Shown one piece after another: positions 1 to 7,215 of a DNA stretch of 7,596 nucleotides. The stretch spans positions 1-7,596 of the forward strand of contig NW_021828816.1 in assembly GCF_006345805.1 (NCBI RefSeq), read 5' to 3'. Each line of letters begins with the position of its first letter. Position 1 is the first letter of the stretch. The notes beneath the pieces are model-generated. The model did no database searches and was not told the DNA's origin. It saw only the letters and a list, made by a program, of their open reading frames with translations. Made by a program: the position numbers and the translations under genes. The DNA comes from Octopus sinensis (Eukaryota).

Positions 1-201
1 AGTACTACCACTACCACCACAAACAATTATTATGTTAACACTACCTCCTCCACAGTCAGCTTCTATACCACCCACCGCACCATAAACAGTTGCTCAAACA
101 CAAACAAAATGTCAAATTATCGTGCTTCCATAGTGTTGTAACATGTGTTTATAGAAAACTGGCAGCACATTCCAGGTTCAGTTTCACAATTGGCACCAAT
201 T

Positions 202-231
<30 letters not shown>
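202..231. repeat. (CTA)10 microsatellite in a CTA/CCA-rich low-complexity tract
   Basis: Ten perfect CTA units read directly, with degenerate units on both sides (1-20, 232-270). Explains the poly-Thr and poly-Leu ORFs at 90-350 and 145-366. Confidence 0.95.
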
Positions 232-232
<1 letters not shown>

Positions 233-1228
233 CACGACCACTATTTTACTACTGCTATATCTACTATCATTGCAATTGTTGCTACAATTTCATACCCTCC
301 TACCTTACAAAGTCTACTTTTGGAAATCTGTTTCTCTTCCTTCCAAGTAGTTTGACAATATTGTGACACATATATCTTATCGCTCTTATGATTGTGCATG
401 TGTTTGTGTTCGTTGTGTGGTGGGGAGTGTTATATGTGGGGAGGGGGAGTATGCATATAAGATTGTGCTTCGTCCTCACTCTCTTGGTATAAAAAAATTA
501 AGTGGACGTGTAAGTTAGCTTGTGCATGTTGAGAGATAAATACACATCTATGTATATTGAAATATGTATGAGTATGTGTCAGGTACAAGATGAAAGGAGT
601 ACTTAACCAGGATTTAAAGGTTCCATGCAATCTACCTCATAGCCATCCACCAAAGAATAGACACAACCTTAAGACTGATTCCACAAAGCCTTAAGTTTCA
701 GACACGTAATCTTGTTTACCTTGTACATGACTAACATTATATATTCAACACTGCACACAAACACAATGGAGCATTAAACTTATGTTTTTCTATCACAAAC
801 AAACACTATAAACATGTCTACTCTTTCCAAGCAAACGTTGATCAGATGAAACTTTTTGAGGCAATATTTTTGGCCTTCTTATCCCCAATCCCAACTAGTT
901 TCTTCAAAGATCCAAGAATCCAGGTGTAGAAGTCAGTAAGCTTCGAGCAGTTTGTAGAAGGTATAAAAAAACAACTTTCAGGAACAATAATGGTTTATTG
1001 AGGAGAAGGTTGTAAATTTTTCCCATATCGAAGATCAATAAGCTAAAAAAAAGTTATTTTATAGTTCACGGTTAGCAACTGGGGTTGCTGTGTATGAGAA
1101 TAAAAATCCAAATTGACGAAATGGAGTAGGTAAAATTCAGGCTACATGAATCTTGGAAATAGTAATGACTCACACAAGGGGTGCTCCACTAAGCTACTCA
1201 TCAGGCATATTTTCGATCAAGCCTCCTG

Positions 1229-1262
1229 TGAAGACAACATAACCTTGAAGACAACATAACCT
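1229..1262. repeat. Perfect 17-bp tandem duplication
   Basis: TGAAGACAACATAACCT at 1229-1245 and again at 1246-1262. Confidence 0.95.
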
Positions 1263-1403
1263 TCATTTGACCAAGGTATCTTTGATTTGAGGAGTACAAG
1301 TTGAGTACCTCTCATTGAGTAATTACTACTCCTAAGGTTCTGCTAGCTAGGAACATATGTAACCTGGATTTTACCTACGCCATTCCCTAAATTTGGATAA
1401 TGC

Positions 1404-1456
1404 ATGTATGTATGTATGTATGTATGTATATATATATATATATTATATATATATAT
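1404..1456. repeat. Compound (ATGT)6-(AT)n microsatellite
   Basis: ATGT x6 at 1404-1427, then AT dinucleotides to 1456 with one interruption. Confidence 0.95.
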
Positions 1457-1521
1457 TTTATTTTTATTTTTTATTTTATCTAGTTTCAGCTCATGAGCTG
1501 TGGCCATGCTGGGGCACCGCC
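1456..1521 (-). mobile_element. Extremely 5'-truncated retroelement (LINE/SINE) 3' end with A-rich (TAAAA)n-like tail
   Basis: Minus strand reads GGCGGTGCCCCAGCATGGCCACAGCTCATGAGCTGAAACTAGATAAAA plus an A-rich tail. It aligns with the 3' end of SINE B at 6810-6856 (GGCAGTGCTCCAGCATGGCTGCAGTCAAATGACTGAAACAAGTAAAA). Confidence 0.8.
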
Positions 1522-2087
1522 ATGATTTGCAGTAAATAGAAAGACTAAATTTTCCATGAAATTTTGGATGAAGTATTCATCTTATTTCTTTCCATTGTCA
1601 TCACTAACAGGTGGCATGATGAATTGTAAATAAGAAAAGGACTTTGATTAAAAAAACAAAAGGAAGAACAGTCTGAACCATAAGAAACTATTTTTAATTT
1701 TAATCTAAAACAATTTGAAGGTTATAACCTCCTGACAGAACAAGTAGGTTCAACATGCAAAGTATGAAGATTTTAACCTAGTTGAAAGTCCTTTGGCTTC
1801 TGTGCATTTGGAACCACATACTCTCTCAGTCAAATTGTTTATACATATATAAAAATTTAGAAATAGTCTCTAATTCATATGCTATATGGTATATAACTAA
1901 AGTCTGACCAATGTAAGAAACTAAACAGCCTTGATGTAATCTAGGATTTTCTTTTAATATTTATTGACTTCAGCTGAATTACCCTGAGTAACAGGATTTT
2001 TGCCTTTGGGTAGCAACTGTTATTTTTTATTTGTTTATCCCTAGAAACTATGAATAAGGACTAATATTTGTATTTGTTACATTTATT

Positions 2088-2250
2088 CAGACCCCAAAGA
2101 ATTCCTCTCAACACACGGTTATGATGCTCCACCACTACTTCTGCTCATGATCAGAGATGCACATATTGTCAGCCACTAAGGAATATGCTCAAGTAGTAAA
2201 GGTCAAGCAACTGACAAGCAAATCTGTGGTATTGAGCAGAATATTTGCTA
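2088..2250. mobile_element. Probable fragment of an interspersed repeat, class unknown
   Basis: Higher-GC block (AAGAATTCCTCTCAACAC...GATCAGAGATGCACATA...AAGCAAATCTGTGGTATTGAGCAGAATATTTGC) that I recall as a high-copy octopus repeat. No termini or TSD are visible, the boundaries are approximate, and the call rests on memory only. Confidence 0.45.
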
Positions 2251-2782
2251 TAATGGTATTTGTTTCAGCAACCCAGCACTGAGTTTGTCCAAAATGTAAT
2301 GGAAATATAGGTCAGTTTCAAAACATTGATGTCCAGGTCACAAAAGCAAGTAGAAAATAACACTTAGTGACCATAGTCAAAAAAACAAATTAAAATTTGT
2401 TATACAGTGTATATTCTAAATCAGCTTTGACCAAAATTGAAGTCAAAACTGGCACAATGATTTATTACACATGCTATCACTGGCATGCTGTCCAGCTGCT
2501 GTTCCGTGCTTACCAGGAATTTTCCTAATGAGTATCTACTTACTTAGCATTCTATACTTGCTTATTATTCAAATTTTAACAATTTAACAGTTGTTCAACT
2601 GCTGGTTCTAGGAATATTTCATTTAGACTACAGCCCAGAGTTGTATTATCTCTATTGTATAGTATGTTGTCTCATAAAAGTAGAACATATGAGTTTCAAT
2701 TCTGCAGGCTAATACAAGCAAAATAAACAGAGGTCTTTTATAAATTTTATAAACTAGTAACTTTGTCAATATTTGTTTCTCT

Positions 2783-3174
2783 TCATCATCATCATCATCA
2801 TCATCGTTTAACGTCCATTCTCTATGCTAGCATGGGTTGGACGGTTCGACCGGGGATCTGGGAAGCCAGAAGGCTGCACCAGGCTCCAGTTTTATCTGGC
2901 AATGTTTCTACAGCTGGATGCCCTTCCTAACGTCAACCACTCCGTGAGTGTAGTGGGTGCTTTTTACGTGCTACCGGCACAGGTGCCAGGCGAGGCTGGC
3001 AACGGCCACGGTCGGATTGGTGCATTTTATGTGCCACCGGCATGGAAGCCAGTCGAGGCGGCGCTGGCATCGTCCATGATTCGGATAGTGCTTTTTACGT
3101 ACCACCAGTCCAGGGGTCCTGGCATCTGCCGGGTGCCAGGCATAGGATTGGTTCAATTTCGATTCCGATTTCGA
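2783..3174 (-). mobile_element. 5'-truncated 3' region of a probable RTE-clade LINE or derived non-autonomous element, with (GAT)n tail
   Basis: Sharp GC/CpG-rich island in AT-rich flanks. Minus strand ends ...CCAACCCATGCTAGCATAGAGAATGGACGTTAAAC(GAT)7 and contains GTTAGGAAGGGCATCCAGCTGTAGAAAC. A short-repeat tail is typical of RTE elements. The truncation falls in a TTCGAT-like hexamer repeat (3152-3174). No RT ORF is present, so the clade is inferred. Confidence 0.75.
2957..3123. repeat. Three diverged ~63-68 bp tandem units inside the RTE-like element
   Basis: Units start at 2957 (GTGCTTTTTACGTGCTACCGGCAC), 3020 (GTGCATTTTATGTGCCACCGGCAT) and 3088 (GTGCTTTTTACGTACCACCAGTC; partial). Each is followed by a CCAG...CTGG stem. 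Confidence 0.85.
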
Positions 3175-3401
3175 ACACATAAATTTATTCTATTTTATGA
3201 ACTTTATTCAATTGATTTTTGCAAACACAGATATTTACTAGTTTTATTGGATTCTGGTAATTTACTTTGCTTTTATTGTAATGAAAGATTTAGAATCTTT
3301 ACCTGTGATTCATATACTTGATTTTGTGGCTTAATCTGGAGTCATTTATTTTGTGGGGGTCACAAATCACCTTTTTTCCTTTTCCCTTATTTTATTTATA
3401 A

Positions 3402-3795
3402 CTAGCAGTATCGCCCGGCGTTGCTCGGGTTTGTAAGGGAAATAACTATATAAGCATTTTTAGAGATGTATAGTATAATAGCCATCTCAATATGGCTAAC
3501 CACAAAGGGGGGTGTTACTGTAGCTTTTTACGTTCTGAGATTTAATAATACATTTTTAGAGAGTTACTTCCCTTATATAAACCGAGCGAAAATGCATTAA
3601 AAATGCGGAAAAATTATGGTAAATTTTTTTTTTAATCGTAGACTCATCGTAGACGCACGCTAATACCCAGAAGGGCTCAATATGAATCACGACTATAAGA
3701 TACCCGCTTTTGGTTACACTGGAAAATGTGGGAGTAGTCAGGAATCTAAATTGTAGGAGACAGACACCACACAACCTCTCTTTTATACATATAGA
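3402..3795 (-). mobile_element. Complete non-autonomous Helitron (394 bp)
   Basis: On the minus strand it starts 5'-TCTATATGTATAAAAG at 3795 and ends CTAG-3' (3405-3402). It sits between A (3796) and T (3401) with no TSD. A GC-rich subterminal hairpin CCCGAGC-AAC-GCCGGG (3429-3414) lies 12 nt from the 3' end. These are the canonical Helitron hallmarks. Confidence 0.92.
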
Positions 3796-4512
3796 TTGCT
3801 CCTCAGAATGAATTCATCTTTTTTTACCCTGGCAATGTTTTTCTAATTTGATATATAATTGATCCTGAATTGAGGAGTTAAAATATTTGACACTCCTCAC
3901 TTGTGATCTCTTTAAAACCAACATGCTGTTTTTGAGATCTTATTACAATTACAAGTGAGTCTGCTATGAATGTGGTTGAAGCAAATCTGGATGACTCGGT
4001 CTTCAGCAGCATCTCAATAATAATTGAACCCCCAAAAAGATATGCTTTTTTTAAAATAAAGTTAATCTAATTTTTAAGTTAGGTTCACCAATATGACATA
4101 TCAATAAATGACAAAATTACTAAATCCCTTTAAATTCAATATTTATTCTCTTGTTTTCAAAATTAAATGAATAGTAGAATATTTCATAAGAGATGCAGTC
4201 AGGAAAGGTTTTACACAACTCCTTAAACAAGAAATATTAGCAAAGTGATGATATGGCAGTGTTAAGATAACATCTTAAAGTTTGTTACAACAGGAGGAAA
4301 TACAGAAACTAGAATACTAAGTAGCAGCATACATGTATGAATGTAAGGTGGAGATATGAAGGAGAAAGAGTGAATTTGATAAGGAGAAGTGGATAAAGAA
4401 GATGAAAAGGAAAGTGACAAAGAGGTTAGTAAATAGTGTGTGTGTGTGGGGGGGGAGAATTAATGAAAGAGAAAAGGCACTACCATGGCCACGATAGATG
4501 TTGTGGATGCGG

Positions 4513-4688
4513 ACCTGTGTCAAGATGGCATTATACAGAGCCAACATCCTCTCCAACATTAGAAATATCTTAACATTACTGACAAAGATTTACTTAAAAT
4601 GTTTGGTAAATCCTTGTCAGTAATGCTACAAAGATTTTTTAAAATTGGAGAGGACATTGGCACTGTATAATGTCATATCGACATAGGT
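4513..4688. mobile_element. Foldback/MITE-like long inverted repeat (arms ~81 and ~83 bp, 12-nt spacer)
   Basis: 4513-4593 is the reverse complement of 4606-4688 at roughly 80% identity by manual alignment (e.g. CATTATACAG/CTGTATAATG, TCCTCTCCAA/TTGGAGAGGA, CATTACTGACAA/TTGTCAGTAATG). Weak pairing may extend to 4504/4697. The inverted repeat is certain; MITE identity is inferred. Confidence 0.7.
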
Positions 4689-4697
4689 TACCACCCA

Positions 4698-4922
4698 TAG
4701 CACCAGACAAAATACTTAGTGACATTGCTTTTGGCTTTTCACATTCTGTCTTCAAATATTGCTGAGCTCAGCTTTGCTTTTCATCTTTGCTTTCATCTTT
4801 GCTTTCATCAATGAAATAAAGTGCTGGTCAAGTACTTGGGTCAATGTATGGTAAATCCTTGTCAACCGACCCCCTCCCCTCAAAATTGCTGTCCTTGAGC
4901 CAAAATTAGAAAGAATTATTAT
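4698..4922 (+). mobile_element. Degenerate tRNA-derived SINE (family A), 5' head missing or interrupted
   Basis: Collinear with the reverse complement of the full copy at 6991-7203 (CACCAGACAAAAT.CTTAGTG; CATTCTG..TTCAAAT; CCCTCAAAATTGCTG.CCTTG.G.CAAAATT.GAAA) and ends in ATTATTAT. Carries a 12-bp triplication (4772-4808) and a 16-bp insertion (4849-4864). Confidence 0.8.
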
Positions 4923-4925
4923 AAA

Positions 4926-5066
4926 GTTGGTGAGTTGGCAGAATTGTTTCTATGTCAGATAAAATGCCTAGCAGCCTTTCTTCTAGCTCTTTACGTTCTG
5001 AGTTCAAAAGTCACCAAGGTCAACTTTGTCTTTCATTCTTTCAGGGTCAATAAAATAAAGTACCAA
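4926..5066 (+). mobile_element. tRNA-derived SINE (family A), 5' portion
   Basis: Head GTTGGTGAGTTGGCAGAATTG (A-box-like), TTCTGAGTTCAAAAG (B-box-like), then GGTCAACTTTGTCTTTCATTCTTTCAGGGTCAATAAAATAAAGTACCA. Collinear with the 6991-7203 copy and head-to-tail behind the previous copy. Confidence 0.85.
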
Positions 5067-5386
5067 TATAATTTCTTGGCTGAAAAGTTGGTTGCTTCAG
5101 TCTTTGATAGTATACAGCAATTATCTTATACAACTGACTTTCTGTCTATTCTGTGTTTAGCTGGAATTTTCTTATCAAAGACAGAACTAGAAGAAATTCT
5201 TGATTTATTTATTTATTTTTTTTCAATTCAAAGACTAACCTACAAAGGTAGCTAAGTTAGCAAGCAGGAAAATAACTATCTAAATAAAACACTAGCAACA
5301 ACAACTGCAAAACAAAACAGAGAGAGAGAGCTGCACTCAAGTAATGCAGAAAAGCATGTAATGAAAATAAGATTACTAAGAAATAG

Positions 5387-5423
5387 TGATGATGATGATG
5401 CTCATCATCATCATCATCATCAT
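5387..5423. repeat. Inverted (GAT)n/(CAT)7 microsatellite pair
   Basis: TGATGATGATGATG (5387-5400), CT, then CAT x7 (5403-5423). Confidence 0.9.
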
Positions 5424-5459
5424 GAGGATAAGGAGGTGGAGAAGGAGACCTTAGAGGTC

Positions 5460-5585
5460 AACTGATACTTCTATCTATGTTGAAATGATGAACGGGAAGT
5501 CAGCCTCAGCCGTGTTTGGACCCAGAATGTAAAGAGGAGGAGGAGGAGCAGGAAATGCTGCTCTGCATTTTGTTTGACATGTTAA
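5460..5585 (-). mobile_element. Highly degenerate SINE family A fragment
   Basis: AACTGATACTT...GAAATGATGAA...AAGTCAGCCTCAGC...TTTGGACCCAGAATGTAAAGA...GAAATGCTGCT..GCATTTTGT is collinear with about 7065-7183, with an AGG expansion near 5534-5547. Confidence 0.65.
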
Positions 5586-5587
5586 AG

Positions 5588-5742
5588 GGTTTCAGATTTT
5601 GACACATGGCCTGCAGTTTTATGGGGAAGGGGTTAGTTGAGGACATCAGCCCCAGTATTTAACAGACAGGTTTATTTTATCAATCCCGAGAGGATGAAAG
5701 CAAAGTCAATCTCAACAAGATTTGAACTCAGAATGTAAAGAC
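5588..5742 (-). mobile_element. SINE family A, 3' two-thirds, head lost
   Basis: GGTTTCAGATTTTGACACA...CCCCAGTATT...TTATTTTATCAATCCCGAGAGGATGAAAGCAAAGTCAATCTCAACAAGATTTGAACTCAGAATGTAAAGAC is collinear with about 6992-7144. Confidence 0.85.
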
Positions 5743-6442
5743 CCATTGTAAATGGGTCTTTATGTAAATGCCTTAATGGGTCTTATGTAAATAAGACCCC
5801 TGCATTCCGTCTCTCTTTCTCTCTCCTCCAGCTTCTTGGGTAGATCTTAATGCTCCTCCAAAATGTTGGGAATTCTGTCCTACACCATCAGTCTAAAGAC
5901 TTTTCTTTTCTGCACCTAAAATGGGTACAGTTCTAGAAAGCTCTAGTAATATTTGAGGGCTTATTAGGACCTGTACACCCATACAGACACCACCAACCCA
6001 CATATTATTTTGTTTTTTACTTCTATACTCATCAATTGTACACACTTTGCTGTAATGACCAATGTCCTAGTTATAATACTAATATTCTACTGTACCACAT
6101 ATTGCAATACCAGCCAGTTGACAGGTGCGCAATACATAATTTGGCTTGTGTCCTTGTTCTGTTCTCAATCTTGAAGACCAGTCACACAATTATATGCCCC
6201 ACCCTAGTTGTTCTTTTGTAGGTGTATAAGCCTGCTCGATTGTCTTGTTCATTACTAGATATATTACTCAGGTTTAAGTATTGCTACCACCTTTGTGGAA
6301 ACTTTCATCCACTACCATCTCAGTGGTTGCCATGTTTATGAATATGTTTATTATTTATTTTAATTGTCTGAAAGCAGCAAAAGAAAAAAAAATTGGAAAA
6401 TAGTTTTCTTTCCAAATCTAAAACACAGATAAACAACTAAAA

Positions 6443-6868
6443 AACACAGGAGTGGCTGTGTGGTAAGTAGCTTGCTTACCAACAACATGGTTCCGGGTTC
6501 AGTCCCACTGCATGGCACCTTGGGCAAGTGCCTTCTACTATAGCCTCAGGCCAACCAAAGCCTTGTGAGAGGATTTTGGTAGACGGAAACTGAAAGAAAC
6601 CTGTCGTATATATGTGTATATATATATGTATATATATGTATGTATGTGTGTGTATATGCTTGTGTGTCTGTGTTTGTCTCCCCAACATCGTTTGACAACC
6701 GTGGGGGTGTGTTTACGTCCCTGTAACTAAGCAGTTTGGCAAACGACACCGATAGAATAAGTACTAGGCTTCCGAAGAATAAGTCCTGGGGTCAACTTGC
6801 TTGACTAAAGGCAGTGCTCCAGCATGGCTGCAGTCAAATGACTGAAACAAGTAAAAGAGAGTAAGAGT
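6443..6868 (+). mobile_element. Full-length tRNA-derived SINE (family B) with a CORE-like segment, internal (TA)/(TG) microsatellite and LINE-like 3' tail
   Basis: Pol III A box TGGCTGTGTGG (6453-6463) and B box GGTTCAGTCCC (6496-6506). CCTTGGGCAAGT immediately after the tRNA head resembles the CORE domain start. Internal TA/TG tract at about 6607-6670. 3' hairpin CAGTCAAATGACTG (6831-6844) and purine-rich tail AAAAGAGAGTAAGAGT. Matches my recollection of an abundant octopus SINE. Confidence 0.9.
6453..6506 (+). promoter_or_regulatory. Internal RNA polymerase III promoter (A and B boxes) of SINE B
   Basis: TGGCTGTGTGG approximates TRGCNNARYGG and GGTTCAGTCCC approximates GGTTCRANNCC, with tRNA-like spacing (32 nt between boxes). 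Confidence 0.7.
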
Positions 6869-6934
6869 GTTCAATTTTGTAAGTAATAATAATTCCACAT
6901 AAAACAACTCAAAAACACATTCCGCATAATAATG

Positions 6935-6954
6935 ACTACTACTACTACTACTAC

Positions 6955-6991
<37 letters not shown>
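6935..6991. repeat. Compound (ACT)7-(AAT)12 microsatellite (SINE A tail/target)
   Basis: Read directly. Explains the poly-Ile/Ser and poly-Leu/Val ORFs at 6764-7009 and 6871-7065. Confidence 0.95.
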
Positions 6992-6992
<1 letters not shown>

Positions 6993-7203
6993 GTTTCAAA
7001 TTTTGCCACAAGGGCAGCAATTTTGAGGGAGAGGATGAGTTGATTTCATCAACCCCAGTATTCAACTGGTACTTATTTTATCGATCTCGAAAGGATGAAA
7101 TGTAAAGTCGACCTCAACAGAATTTGAACTCAGAATGTAGTGACAGGTAAAATACCACTAAGCATTTTGTCTGGTGTGCTAATGATTCTGCCAGCTCATT
7201 GCC
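6991..7203 (-). mobile_element. Full-length tRNA-derived SINE (family A) with (TTA)n tail
   Basis: Minus strand: GGCAATGAGCTGGCAGAATC (A-box-like), GAGTTCAAATTC (B-box-like, 7131-7120), GGTCGACTTTACATTTCATCCTTTCGAGATCGATAAAATAAGTACCAG, then GCCCTTGTGGCAAAATTTGAAACCA(TTA)n. Five other homologous copies occur in this window. Confidence 0.92.
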
Positions 7204-7205
7204 TT

Positions 7206-7215
7206 AATAATAATG

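Noticed and set aside
90-630. ORFs 90-350, 145-366 and 430-630
   Set aside because: Homopolymeric Thr/Leu tracts from the CTA microsatellite or CA/TA-rich low complexity; no recognisable domain.
1190-1220. Minus-strand GAAA...CTGATGA suggesting a hammerhead ribozyme
   Set aside because: Only 6 nt separate GAAA and CUGAUGA, too few for stems III and I, and no stem II-GAAA follows downstream.
830-1230. Moderately complex stretch that might be a decayed coding sequence or exon
   Set aside because: The frames I translated have frequent stops and no motif I recognise. BLASTX would be needed.
2269-2310. Possible 42-bp exon (TTTGTTTCAG acceptor, AG|GTCAGT donor)
   Set aside because: All three frames contain a stop; such motifs are common by chance; no transcript evidence.
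2957-3123. CRISPR-like repeat-spacer appearance
   Set aside because: The repeats are diverged, the 'spacers' are homologous to each other, there are no cas genes, and the context is eukaryotic repeat DNA.
2824-3321. 165-aa ORF, the longest in the window, and the antisense 69-aa ORF
   Set aside because: The long ORF lies antisense over a GC-rich retroelement 3' region and runs into AT-rich flank. Its repeated GAFYVxP motif simply reflects the DNA tandem units.
3556-5255. ORFs 3556-3774, 4317-4559 and 4935-5255
   Set aside because: They derive from Helitron, purine-rich low-complexity and SINE sequence respectively; no domain features.
5809-5896. Strong polypyrimidine tract plus CAG (possible acceptor at 5831)
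   Set aside because: The tract is a CT microsatellite, downstream frames close within about 20 codons, and there is no convincing donor.
6040-6335. Faint minus-strand resemblance to an RLE-retrotransposon zinc-knuckle region (LKPE, IEQA, LCIAHL, HW)
   Set aside because: Needs several frameshifts and stops and lacks an intact CCHC motif; not distinguishable from chance without a frameshift-aware HMM search.
6443-6518. Bona fide tRNA gene
   Set aside because: A and B boxes are present, but the sequence continues into a SINE body and tail with no T-run terminator; it is a tRNA-derived SINE head.
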